DNA of 34,161 bases from an uncultured Planctomycetaceae bacterium (GCA_964483755.1 CAZADC010000001.1:15158-49318), one strand, 5' to 3'; positions 20,150 through 28,964 are shown, numbered from the stretch's first letter. Notes: generated by a model from the sequence alone, not told the origin. Program-made: numbers and translations.

Positions 20150-20935
20150 ATGAAGCGAGCACTCTGGACAGTTGCGGCGCTGGCGGCGATCGCGCTGCTG
20201 GCGGGGGCGGCGACGGCGGGCGACGAGAACGCCCCGGCCGGCGGCAAGAAGAATCGCGCGAAGCCGGACAAGAAGGAAACGGTCCTGCGCGGACGCTACG
20301 CCCAGCTCGTCAAGGAGCTGGACATGACCGATGACCAGCAGGCGAAGCTCACCGAGCTCGTCAAACAGCACAACGAGGCGATGAAGGCGTGGACCGGCCG
20401 GCACGGCGAGCGGATGAAGGAGCTCCAGGCGCAGTTCAAGCAGGCGAAGACCGACGGGGACAAGGAGCAGGCGAAGCAGCTCCGCGAGCAGATGAAGGCG
20501 TTGTCGGCCGAGCGGGCGAAGATCGAGTCCGAGCACTGGAAGCAGGTCATGGGCATCCTCACGCCGGAGCAGGTGCAGGCCTGGCATGCTCACCAGTTCG
20601 AGGCGATGGCGATGCGCCTAGACAAGAAGGTTGACCTGACCGAGGATCAGAAGGCCCGGATTTCCGAGCTTGCGAAGGCCGCGGCCGCGCAGACGGCCGG
20701 GGCGGCGGACGCCAAAGCCCGGACACAGGCGAGGCGGGATTTCCACCAGGCCGTCATGAACGCCGTGCTCACCGACGAGCAGAAGGCGAAGCTGAAGCAA
20801 CCGGCCAAGGCCCGAGACAAGGGCGAGCAGAAGGCAAAGCCCAAGCACCGAAACAAGAAGCCCGACGCCGCCGCCGACGGGGTGGACGACGACGATGACG
20901 GCGACGAGGTGGAGGACGTCGGGCTGGGCATGTAG
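20150..20935 (+). CDS. Spy/CpxP-like periplasmic protein (LTxxQ repeats)
   Basis: Signal peptide MKRALWTVAALAAIALLAGAATA. There are four LTxxQ-type motifs (MTDDQQAKL, LTPEQVQAW, LTEDQKARI, LTDEQKAKL) in a Lys/Glu/Ala-rich helical protein. The tail is acidic (DDDDDGDEVED). Confidence 0.6.
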   Translation: MKRALWTVAALAAIALLAGAATAGDENAPAGGKKNRAKPDKKETVLRGRYAQLVKELDMTDDQQAKLTELVKQHNEAMKAWTGRHGERMKELQAQFKQAKTDGDKEQAKQLREQMKALSAERAKIESEHWKQVMGILTPEQVQAWHAHQFEAMAMRLDKKVDLTEDQKARISELAKAAAAQTAGAADAKARTQARRDFHQAVMNAVLTDEQKAKLKQPAKARDKGEQKAKPKHRNKKPDAAADGVDDDDDGDEVEDVGLGM

Positions 20936-20956
20936 CGCGAATCCGGTGAACTGCCC

Positions 20957-20993
20957 GCGGCGGGGCGGGGTCCGAGCGACCCGGTCCCGCCGC
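20957..20993 (+). terminator. Candidate terminator hairpin after the Spy-like gene
   Basis: gcggcggg (20957-20964) pairs with cccgccgc (20986-20993). The inner stem is gggtc/gaccc (20968-20972 / 20978-20982). It starts 22 nt after the stop. No U-tract follows. Confidence 0.3.
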
Positions 20994-21259
20994 AGCATGC
21001 GCTGAATCGTGCGAGGCGTATCGAATCCCTCGCGGTGTCTCGAATCGTGCGCGGTGCCCTGGGCACCGCGCCACACCACGCGGCGGCCTGGAAAGGCCGC
21101 CGCGCTGAGCAGGGGAAGGCCGCCGCGCTCAGTGAGGGGAAGGCCGTCGGCGATGACACTCGGTTGCGTGGGCGGCGGGGCGGAACGTAGAATCACTCAC
21201 CCGGCGTCGGCAGAGCGTTCGGGCACACGGTTGCAGCGGTTCTCTTACAGGAGCGGCGG

Positions 21260-22642
21260 ATGCGGTACGTTTCCACGCGAGGACAGGTCGAGCCGGTCGG
21301 CTTCCGGCAGGCGGTCATGATGGGCCTGGCCGACGACGGCGGGCTCCTCGTGCCCGAGGAGATTCCCGACGTCACCGATCGCCTCGACGCCTGGCGGGCC
21401 CTGGACTACCCGAACCTTGCCTACGAGGTCATCCGCCTCTTCGCCGACGACGTACCCGACGCCGACCTGCGCGAGCTGGTCGCAGGGGCATACGACGACG
21501 CCTTCGATCCCGCCCCGGCCGTGACGGTCCGTGTCGGCGATCTCCACGTGCTCGAGCTCTGGCACGGGCTGACGCTGTCGTTCAAGGACGTCGCGCTCCA
21601 GCTTCTCGGACGGCTGTTCGAGTACGTCCTCGCCGAGCGAGGCGGGCGACTGAACATCCTCGGCGCGACCAGCGGCGACACGGGCAGCGCCGCGATCTGC
21701 GGCGTCCGCGGCCGGGATCGCATCGACATCTTCATGATGCACCCGCACAACCGCGTCTCACCGATCCAGCAGCGCCAGATGACCACCGTGCTGGACGACA
21801 ACGTCCACAACATCGCCGTCGAGGGCAGCTTCGACGACTGCCAGAGCATCATGAAACAGCTCGCGAGCGACCTCGACTTCAAGCGTCCGTACTCGATCGG
21901 GGCGGTCAACAGCGTCAACTGGGCCCGCGTGCTCGCCCAGACGGTCTACTATTTTCACGCCGCCTTCCGCGTCACCGAATCGACCGGCGCCGAGTCGGTG
22001 CGGTTCTGCGTGCCGACCGGCAACTTCGGCAACATCCTCGCCGGCTGGTACGCCAGACGGATGGGCGCGCCCATCGAGCAGCTCATCCTCGCCACGAACG
22101 AGAACGACATCCTGGCGCGGTTCTTCAACACCGGCGTCTACGCACGCGGCGAGGTGCAGCCCACGCTCTCGCCGGCCATGGACATCCAGGTCGCCAGCAA
22201 CTTCGAGCGATATCTGTACTACCGCCTCGGCTGCGACGGCGACCGACTGCGGGCGACGATGGAGCAGTTCGGCGAGACCGGGCGGATTGACGCGGAGGGC
22301 GCGGACGAGGGCGCGGTCGATCCGGACATCACGGCCGGGACGGGCACGATGGACGACTGCCTGGACGCCATCCGCCGCTGCCACCGGCGGCACGGGTACC
22401 TGCTGGATCCGCACACTGCCGTGGGTGTCACCGTCGCGGAAGGTCAGCCCGTCGGCGCGCCGATCATCTGCGAGGCGACGGCGCATCCGGCCAAGTTCCC
22501 GGACGCCATCCGCAAGGCGACGGGCGAGGACCTGGCGCACCACCCGGACATCGACCGGCTGGAAGGGCTGCCCACACGCTGCGTGGTGCTGCCGAACGAC
22601 CCCGAAGCCGTGCGAAGCTTCATCATCGACGCCGTTGGATGA
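21260..22642 (+). CDS. thrC: Threonine synthase
   Basis: MRYVSTRG N-terminus, PLP-lysine motif LSFKDVALQ and GATSGDTGSAA. Length is 460 aa. AGGAG lies 6 nt upstream of the ATG. Confidence 0.9.
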   Translation: MRYVSTRGQVEPVGFRQAVMMGLADDGGLLVPEEIPDVTDRLDAWRALDYPNLAYEVIRLFADDVPDADLRELVAGAYDDAFDPAPAVTVRVGDLHVLELWHGLTLSFKDVALQLLGRLFEYVLAERGGRLNILGATSGDTGSAAICGVRGRDRIDIFMMHPHNRVSPIQQRQMTTVLDDNVHNIAVEGSFDDCQSIMKQLASDLDFKRPYSIGAVNSVNWARVLAQTVYYFHAAFRVTESTGAESVRFCVPTGNFGNILAGWYARRMGAPIEQLILATNENDILARFFNTGVYARGEVQPTLSPAMDIQVASNFERYLYYRLGCDGDRLRATMEQFGETGRIDAEGADEGAVDPDITAGTGTMDDCLDAIRRCHRRHGYLLDPHTAVGVTVAEGQPVGAPIICEATAHPAKFPDAIRKATGEDLAHHPDIDRLEGLPTRCVVLPNDPEAVRSFIIDAVG

Positions 22643-22688
22643 CCGCCCGCACCCGACACGAGACAGACCAGACGAGAACGGAGCGACC

Positions 22689-23483
22689 ATGATCCGGATT
22701 GCGATTACGGGAGCGGCGGGGCGGATGGGACGGCGCATCGCGGCGCTGGCGATCGAGTCCGAGCAGTTCGACGTCGTCTCGGCGCTCGAGTCGAGCGGCT
22801 GCGAGCACGTCGGGCGCGACGTCGGCGAGCTGGCCGGCGTCGGGACCTTCGGCGTCAAGGTCACCGAGGAGCTGACCGACACGCCCGCCGTGCTGATCGA
22901 CTTCTCCCTGCCCGAGGGCACGATGCGCTGGCTCGAAGTCTGCCGGTCGCACGGCGTCGCGATGGTCATCGGCACGACCGGGCTCACCGAGTCCCAGCAG
23001 GCCGAGGTCGCCGACGCGGGATCCAGCATCCCGATCGTCCACGCGGCCAACATGTCGGTCGGGATCAACGCGCTGCTGCGGGTCGTGGGCGACCTGGCGG
23101 CCGCGCTGGGCGAGGACTACGACGTCGAGATCGCCGAGACCCACCACCGCTTCAAGCAGGACGCCCCGTCCGGAACGGCGATCGCCCTGGCGAGGGCGGT
23201 CTGCGCCGCGCGCGGCAGGGAGTACGGCGACGCGGCCGTGCTGGGACGCGGCGGAAGACAGCCGCGCAATTCCGGCGAGATCGGCATGCACGCCCTGCGG
23301 GTCGGGGACACCGTCGGTGAGCACTCGGTGCACTTCGGCAACCTGGGCGAGACGATCACGATCTCTCACTCCGCCCACACGCGGGATACCTTCGTCCGCG
23401 GGGCGCTGCGGGCGGCGGCGTGGGTCAGCGAGAAGCCCGCCGGCCTGTACGACATGCAGGACGTCCTGGGGCTCCGCAAGTAG
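22689..23483 (+). CDS. dapB: 4-hydroxy-tetrahydrodipicolinate reductase
   Basis: MIRIAITGAAGRMGR Rossmann N-terminus and ETHHRFKQDAPSGTA signature. I chose the ATG at 22689. The upstream part of the 398-aa track ORF overlaps thrC out of frame. Confidence 0.92.
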   Translation: MIRIAITGAAGRMGRRIAALAIESEQFDVVSALESSGCEHVGRDVGELAGVGTFGVKVTEELTDTPAVLIDFSLPEGTMRWLEVCRSHGVAMVIGTTGLTESQQAEVADAGSSIPIVHAANMSVGINALLRVVGDLAAALGEDYDVEIAETHHRFKQDAPSGTAIALARAVCAARGREYGDAAVLGRGGRQPRNSGEIGMHALRVGDTVGEHSVHFGNLGETITISHSAHTRDTFVRGALRAAAWVSEKPAGLYDMQDVLGLRK

Positions 23484-23504
23484 ACGCAGGAAGGCGGAAC
23501 GACG

Positions 23505-24737
23505 ATGAGCGGCGCGAGCCGACAGCACGTGCTGGACGCGATCGACCACGTCCCGCCGGACCGCGTGCCGGTCGACTTCGGCGGGCATCGAAGCAGCGGG
23601 ATCATGGCGATCGCTTACGCGAAGCTGCGGGAGCATCTCGGCCTGCCCCGCCGCCGGCCGCGAGTGTACGACATCGTCCAGCAGATCGCGATCATCGACG
23701 ACGACGTGCTCGACCGCTTCGGCGTGGACACGATCGAGCTCGGCCGGGGGTTCTGCGAGGACGAGTCATGGTGGAAGGAATGGCGCCTGCCGGACGGCAC
23801 GGAGTGCCTGATTCCCGCCTGGATGGACGTGCGCGCGGAGGGCGGCGACTGGATCCTGCACTCGCAGTCCGGCCGGCCCGTCGGTGTGCACAAGGCCGGT
23901 TCGCTGTACTTCGAGGCGAACCACTGGCCGTACCTCGACGGCGTCCCCGACGACCTGACCGACCTGCCCCGCGCGATGGAGGACGTCATCTGGGCGATCC
24001 CGTCCCCGCCCGGGCCGTGCGCGGCGACGCCGGAGGACCTGGCCGCCGGCGCGGCGAGATTGCGCGCGTCGACCGGCCGGGCGATCGTCGCGCTGTTCGG
24101 CGGCAACCTGATGGAGTGGGGACAGTTCCTCTGTCGCAACGACAACTTCTACGTGCTCCTCGCGGGCGAGCTCGACAGGGCGCACGCGCTGCTCGACCGG
24201 CTGACGGAGATTCACCTCGCGTCGCTGGAGACGTTTCTCGGCGCGGTCGGCGAGCACATTGACGTCATCCTGTTCGGCGACGACCTGGGCATGCAGACCG
24301 GCCCGCAGATATCCCCAACGATGTACCGCGAATTCTTCAAGCCGCGCCACGCGGCGCTTTGGCGGCGGGCGAAGGAGCTGGCGGACGTGAAGGTCCAGCT
24401 GCACTGCTGCGGCGGCGTCCGTCCGCTGCTGGACGACCTGATCGACGCCGGGCTCGAGGCGATCAACCCCGTCCAGACGAGCTGCGCCGGCATGGAGCCC
24501 GGCGCACTGAAGGCCGACTTCGGCGACAGGATCTGTCTGTGGGGCGGCGGGTGCGACACGCAGACCGTCCTGGGGCAGGCGACGCCGAAGGAGATTCGCG
24601 ACCACGTCCTTCGCCGCCTGGAGACGCTCTCGCCCGACGGGGGGTTCGTCTTCCAGCAGGTGCACAACGTCATGGCCGACGTGCCGCCCGCCAACGTCGT
24701 CGCGATGTTCGATGCCGTCGCGGAGTTCAACCGTTGA
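23505..24737 (+). CDS. Uroporphyrinogen-decarboxylase (URO-D) fold family protein, second paralogue
   Basis: 410 aa with URO-D/MtaA-like segments (ILFGDDLGMQTGPQISPTMYREFFKP, LHCCGG, LEAINPVQ). Only distantly similar to the 4937-6040 product. Confidence 0.6.
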   Translation: MSGASRQHVLDAIDHVPPDRVPVDFGGHRSSGIMAIAYAKLREHLGLPRRRPRVYDIVQQIAIIDDDVLDRFGVDTIELGRGFCEDESWWKEWRLPDGTECLIPAWMDVRAEGGDWILHSQSGRPVGVHKAGSLYFEANHWPYLDGVPDDLTDLPRAMEDVIWAIPSPPGPCAATPEDLAAGAARLRASTGRAIVALFGGNLMEWGQFLCRNDNFYVLLAGELDRAHALLDRLTEIHLASLETFLGAVGEHIDVILFGDDLGMQTGPQISPTMYREFFKPRHAALWRRAKELADVKVQLHCCGGVRPLLDDLIDAGLEAINPVQTSCAGMEPGALKADFGDRICLWGGGCDTQTVLGQATPKEIRDHVLRRLETLSPDGGFVFQQVHNVMADVPPANVVAMFDAVAEFNR

Positions 24738-24804
24738 CGAGCGTCCAGGCCGGTCATCCCCCGGCATTTACGGCACGGTCCCGTCGTTGTTCGGAGTGAA
24801 TCCC

Positions 24805-25953
24805 ATGCACTGGAACATGGAGGAGCTGTCACGGCCGCCGGAGAGACACCCGGCGCCGGCATTCGAGGAGCCGGGCGTCGAGGCGCTGTTCTTCGACGCG
24901 CCGGAGTTCGGCGGCAGGCCCACGCGGAGCTTCGCGTGGATCGGATTGCCCGAGGCGGCGGTCCGCGAGCCGGTTCCGGGGATGGTTCTCGTCCACGGCG
25001 GCGGGGGCACGGCCTTCGCCGAGTGGGTCCGCCTCTGGACGTCACGCGGGTACGCCGCCATCGCGATGGACACCTGCGGGTGCGTGCCCGGCGGGGAGAG
25101 CGGCAAGCGCCCGCGTCACGAGATGGGCGGACCGGCCGGCTGGGGCGACTTCGCCCGCGTCGACGAGCCCGTGACCGAGCAGTGGGCATACCACGCCGTC
25201 GCCGACGTGATCCTCGCCCACTCGCTTCTGCGATCCCTGCCGCAGGTCGACGCGGAGCGGATCGGCGTCACGGGCATCTCCTGGGGCGGGTACCTCACCT
25301 GCATCACGGCCGGGGTTGACCGGCGCTTCCGCTTTGCCGTTCCCGTCTACGGCTGCGGGTTCCTCGGCGACAACTCCGTTTGGCTTCAGAACTTCCGCGA
25401 GCTGGGCCCGCAGCGCGCCGGCCGCTGGCTGGAGCTGTGGGACCCCTCACGGTACCTTCCGGCCGCAGGTCTTCCCATGCTGTGGGTGACGGGCACGAAC
25501 GACTTCGCCTATCCCATGGACTCCCTGCGCAAGAGTTACCGCCTGCCGCCCGGACAGCGCACACTGTGCGTCCGTGTCCGCATGCCGCACGGGCACGGCG
25601 GGGCGGGGGAGAAGCCGCCCGAGATCGCCGTCTTCGCCGACAGCGTTCTGCGCGGCGGCGACCCGCTGGCGAGGATTCCAGACAGTCGAACCGACGACCG
25701 GGACGTCGAGGTGCGGTTCCGCGCCGACGTGCCGATCGTCCGGGCGGAGTTGTGCTTCACGGCCGACACGGGCCCGTGGCCGGAGCGCGAATGGCGCGTC
25801 CGACCGGCCGAGCTGGACGCCGGCGCAGGACGGGTTCGCGCGACGGTGCCGGACGATGCCGCCGTCTGGTACGTGAACCTGCTCGACGAGCGCGGCTGCG
25901 TCGTGAGCGCCGAGCACGTCGAACGCGGCGAGGAGAGCGGAGGGCGGTCGTGA
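24805..25953 (+). CDS. Alpha/beta-hydrolase, acetyl-xylan-esterase / dienelactone-hydrolase-like
   Basis: MVLVHGGGG oxyanion-type segment, nucleophile elbow GISWGG (GxSxG) and a later MPHGHG segment. The ATG at 24805 leaves a 67-nt gap after the previous stop. Confidence 0.6.
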   Translation: MHWNMEELSRPPERHPAPAFEEPGVEALFFDAPEFGGRPTRSFAWIGLPEAAVREPVPGMVLVHGGGGTAFAEWVRLWTSRGYAAIAMDTCGCVPGGESGKRPRHEMGGPAGWGDFARVDEPVTEQWAYHAVADVILAHSLLRSLPQVDAERIGVTGISWGGYLTCITAGVDRRFRFAVPVYGCGFLGDNSVWLQNFRELGPQRAGRWLELWDPSRYLPAAGLPMLWVTGTNDFAYPMDSLRKSYRLPPGQRTLCVRVRMPHGHGGAGEKPPEIAVFADSVLRGGDPLARIPDSRTDDRDVEVRFRADVPIVRAELCFTADTGPWPEREWRVRPAELDAGAGRVRATVPDDAAVWYVNLLDERGCVVSAEHVERGEESGGRS

Positions 25954-26633
25954 TCGAGCACCCCTGGGACATCACGCCCAAGCAGGCCGTCCGTCTTCAG
26001 CGCGAGCTGGCGGTCAACGTGCGCGTCGAGCCGCTGGAAGAACCGGTCGACACGGTAGCGGGGACGGATTGCGCCTTCCTTCCGGGCGAGCGGATTCTCG
26101 CGGCCGCCGTGCTGTGCGACGTCCGTACGATGAAAGTCATCGGGTCGGCCCACGTTGTCCGCCCGTGCCGGTTCCCATACGTATCAGGGTTGTTGAGCTT
26201 CCGGGAAGCCCCGGCCGTCATCGAGGTGGTCGAAGCCCTCCCCGAGCGTCCTGACCTGCTCATGTGCGACGGGCAGGGCGTGGCGCACCCCCGGCGGCTG
26301 GGGCTGGCCAGTCACGTCGGGTTGTGGCTTGACCTGCCGACGATCGGCGTCGCCAAGAGCCGCCTGTGCGGCGAGCAGCGCACGCCGGGCGAGCGACGCG
26401 GGTGTCGGACGCAGCTCCGCCACGACGAAGAGCTTGTCGGGTGCGTGGTGCGGACGCGGACGGGCGTCCGCCCGCTGTTCGTGTCCGTCGGACACCGCGT
26501 GTCGCTGGACGACGCGGTGCGGTGGACGCTGCGCGGTGCGCGGTCGGTCCGCCTGCCGGAGCCCACGCGCCAGGCCCACCTGCTCGTGACGCGGCTGAAG
26601 AAGGAGATCGCGGACGGCGCGCGGCGTGCGTGA
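25950..26633 (+). CDS. nfi: Endonuclease V
   Basis: The GTG start overlaps the previous stop (GTGA 25950-25953). Motifs: VAGTDCAF, DGQGVAHPRRLGLASHVG and PTIGVAKSRL. The 227-aa length matches typical Nfi. Confidence 0.85.
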   Translation: MIEHPWDITPKQAVRLQRELAVNVRVEPLEEPVDTVAGTDCAFLPGERILAAAVLCDVRTMKVIGSAHVVRPCRFPYVSGLLSFREAPAVIEVVEALPERPDLLMCDGQGVAHPRRLGLASHVGLWLDLPTIGVAKSRLCGEQRTPGERRGCRTQLRHDEELVGCVVRTRTGVRPLFVSVGHRVSLDDAVRWTLRGARSVRLPEPTRQAHLLVTRLKKEIADGARRA

Positions 26634-26871
26634 GCGTCGAAGTTCAAAGCGCAAAGCTACAGTCGGCAGTTGGGGCAGTCGGGACAGTCGGGGGACATCC
26701 ATACGGGTTTTCGTTCGCTCTGCGGGCAGGGCGGACCATCACGCTTCGGAAGCTGCCAGCGTGCAGTCACCTGCATGGCGTCCTACGAGGTACGACGAGG
26801 GCCAGTCGGTTTCGGGACCTTCGCCCGGGCGCGCAAATCCGTATTTGTACGCGCTGCGGGAACTCCGGGGA

Positions 26872-26899
26872 TTGCGAACTGTGCATGGGGGCTTATAAT
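26872..26899 (+). promoter_or_regulatory. Candidate sigma70-type promoter of the HEAT/kinase/STAS/Mla operon
   Basis: TTGCGA (26872-26877), a 16-nt spacer, then perfect TATAAT (26894-26899). It is 28 nt upstream of the ATG at 26927. It lies in a visibly less GC-rich 293-nt intergenic region. Confidence 0.4.
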
Positions 26900-26926
26900 C
26901 CGCTGTCGTCGGCCTATCGCTCGTTT

Positions 26927-27316
26927 ATGAAAGGACAGCCCTTGCGGACATCCCTGTCCATTCCGGCGTGCCTGGCGGCGATGCTCGTCGCGGGGTGCGC
27001 GCCGTCGGGAGACGACCTGTACCGCCAGATGCAGGGCGAGGACCCGGACGAGCGGATCGAGGCGATCGTGCAGGCCGGTCGGCAGCGGGACCGCGACGCC
27101 GTACCGCACCTGGTGGACCGCCTGACCGACAGCGAAGCGGACGTGCGGTTCTTTGCAATCGCCTCGCTCGAGCGAATCACCGGAGAGACGATGGGATACG
27201 AGTACTACGCGCCGGCCCCACAGCGCCATGAGGCCGTCGAGCGGTGGCGGGAATGGCTGCGGAGTCGCGCGCCCGCCGCCACGCGCCCGGCGTCCCAACC
27301 GGCGGGGGCGTCATGA
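26927..27316 (+). CDS. HEAT-repeat lipoprotein
   Basis: Signal peptide with lipobox (AAMLVAGC). PBS-lyase/HEAT-like repeats are present: DERIEAIVQAGRQRDRDAVPHLVDRLTDSEADVRFFAIASLERITG. The stop overlaps the next start (ATGA). Confidence 0.6.
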   Translation: MKGQPLRTSLSIPACLAAMLVAGCAPSGDDLYRQMQGEDPDERIEAIVQAGRQRDRDAVPHLVDRLTDSEADVRFFAIASLERITGETMGYEYYAPAPQRHEAVERWREWLRSRAPAATRPASQPAGAS

Positions 27317-27765
27317 AGCCGCCGCCCGAGCGCCCGGTGCGGATCGAGATATTCTCCACGTCCGCGCACCTGCCGATCGTGCGGGGCGCCGTGGAGAAGA
27401 CGTGCGAGCTGCTGGGGTTCGACGACGAGACGGCCGGGTCGATCGTCCTCAGCGTCGACGAGGCGCTGACCAACGTCATCCGCCACGCCTACGACGGCGC
27501 CGACGACCGGCGGATCGAAGTCGAGCTCGCGTCCACGGCCGGGGGCGACGGGCTGCGCATCACGGTGCGCGACGACGGGACGTACGTCGATCCTGCGCAG
27601 ATGCGCCCGCGCGACCTGAAGGACGTGCGTCCCGGCGGGCTGGGCGTGCACATCATCCGCGAGTGCATGGACGACGTGAGCTACGCTCGGCGGGACAACG
27701 GCGGCACCGAACTGACGATGACCAGGCGCCTGTCGGCTGAACGAAAGGAAGGGCCGTCTCCATGA
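27313..27765 (+). CDS. Anti-sigma regulatory factor type Ser/Thr kinase (RsbW/SpoIIAB-like, HATPase_c)
   Basis: N-box EALTNVIRHAY, G1 VRDDGT, G2 GGLGVHII, about 150 aa. It has ATGA overlaps at both ends. Confidence 0.8.
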   Translation: MKPPPERPVRIEIFSTSAHLPIVRGAVEKTCELLGFDDETAGSIVLSVDEALTNVIRHAYDGADDRRIEVELASTAGGDGLRITVRDDGTYVDPAQMRPRDLKDVRPGGLGVHIIRECMDDVSYARRDNGGTELTMTRRLSAERKEGPSP

Positions 27766-28100
27766 CAGCGGCCGTCAAGAACATCCGTTGGAACGACAAT
27801 GCCGCGATCGTGGAGGTCGCCGGCGACATCGACCTGAACCGCAGCGGCGATTTCCAGAACGAGCTGCTGACGGTCCTCGACCGTCGCCCGGACCGGCTGA
27901 TCATCGACCTGAGCGACGTCGGATACATGGACTCGTCGGGCGTGGCGTCGTTGGTGAAGCTGCTCGCCCGGGCGAAGAAGGGCGGGTTCACGCTGGCGCT
28001 GGTCGGGCTCCAGCCGCGGGTGCGGAGCGTCTTCGAGATCACCCGCCTGGACAGCGTGTTCAATATCTACGCCGACGAGCAGGAGGCGCTGGAGCAGTGA
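27762..28100 (+). CDS. STAS-domain anti-sigma-factor antagonist (RsbV/SpoIIAA/MlaB-like)
   Basis: 112 aa. LIIDLSDVGYMDSSGVASLV carries the conserved DSSG phospho-acceptor motif (27930-27941). The stop overlaps the MlaE GTG start (GTGA 28097-28100). Confidence 0.85.
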   Translation: MTAAVKNIRWNDNAAIVEVAGDIDLNRSGDFQNELLTVLDRRPDRLIIDLSDVGYMDSSGVASLVKLLARAKKGGFTLALVGLQPRVRSVFEITRLDSVFNIYADEQEALEQ

Positions 28101-28921
28101 CCGAACCGGACGGCGACAAGACGAACGCCGTCGAGCGCCTCGGCGGGCGCGTGCTGACGGGCCTGAGCTACGTCGGCGGGATGACGCTCCTGCTCGGCAC
28201 GGTGCTCGGGTGGACGCTGCGCGGGCTGGTCTCGAAGAAGGCGAGGTTCTCGGGCAAGGCGGTGACCGAGCAGATGGTCCGCGTGGGCGTCCGCAGCGTG
28301 GGCATCGTGGTGCTGGTGCAGCTGTTCATCGGCGTGATCCTCGCGCTGCAGATGACCCCGCCCCTCGAGCCGTGGGGGCAGGTGGACAAGGTCGCCAACA
28401 TCATCGGCGTGGCGGGCTTCCGCATGCTGGGCCCGATCATCACAGCCGTCGTGCTCAGCGGGTTCGCCGGGGCGTCCATCGCGGCCGAGCTGGGAACCAT
28501 GGTCGTCGCCGAGGAGATCGAGGCGCTGGAAGCGATGGCGCTGAACCCGATCCGCTTCCTCGTGGTCCCGCGCGTCCTGGCGACGCTGGTCATGATGATC
28601 CTGCTGACCGTGGTGGCCGACTGGATGATCGCGCTGGGGGGCTACGCCACCTCGTGCCTGGTTCTGGGCCCGGAGGCGTACGTCGGATACTGGGACCGCA
28701 TGCAGCAGCAGCTCCGCTATCGCGATTTCTACACCGGGCTGATCCAGGCGGGCGTGTTCGGGCTGCTCATCAGCGTGATCGCGTCCGGCGAAGGGCTCAA
28801 CGTCCGCGGCGGCGCCGAGGGTGTCGGGCGGGCGACGACGATGACCGTGGTGTACTCGATCGTGGCGATCATCGCCTCGGCGTGCGTGTTCACCGTGGTG
28901 TTCTACGTGTTCGGGCTGTAG
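28097..28921 (+). CDS. mlaE: MlaE-family ABC transporter permease
   Basis: Multi-TM protein of about 274 aa. It has MlaE-like segments: GVRSVGIVVLVQLFIGVILALQ, LGPIITAVVLSGFAGASIAAELGTM and EEIEALEAMALNP. Confidence 0.85.
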   Translation: MTEPDGDKTNAVERLGGRVLTGLSYVGGMTLLLGTVLGWTLRGLVSKKARFSGKAVTEQMVRVGVRSVGIVVLVQLFIGVILALQMTPPLEPWGQVDKVANIIGVAGFRMLGPIITAVVLSGFAGASIAAELGTMVVAEEIEALEAMALNPIRFLVVPRVLATLVMMILLTVVADWMIALGGYATSCLVLGPEAYVGYWDRMQQQLRYRDFYTGLIQAGVFGLLISVIASGEGLNVRGGAEGVGRATTMTVVYSIVAIIASACVFTVVFYVFGL

Positions 28922-28964
28922 GGCCGCAGCGACCTGCGACCCTCGATCATGTCGAAAGCGTTCG

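Noticed and set aside
18514-20153. ORFs 18514..19668 (-) and 18954..20153 (+) over the M48 protease gene.
   Set aside because: These are alternative-frame or antisense ORFs. Only the 18402..20009 frame gives TM segments plus HExxH.
21003-21056. TCGAATC-containing segments resembling a tRNA T-loop.
   Set aside because: The flanking stem (gcgagg/cctcgc) encloses an 11-nt loop instead of 7 nt. No acceptor, D or anticodon arms can be drawn.
22623-24767. Minus-strand ORFs 22623..23636 and 23766..24767, and plus-strand ORF 23420..24262.
   Set aside because: They are shadows of dapB and the second URO-D-like gene, with no motifs and typical high-GC artefact composition.
26626-26930. Small ORFs (86-90 aa) in the nfi / HEAT-lipoprotein intergenic region.
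   Set aside because: They have no RBS and no recognisable motifs, and they overlap the predicted promoter. Coding cannot be excluded without data.
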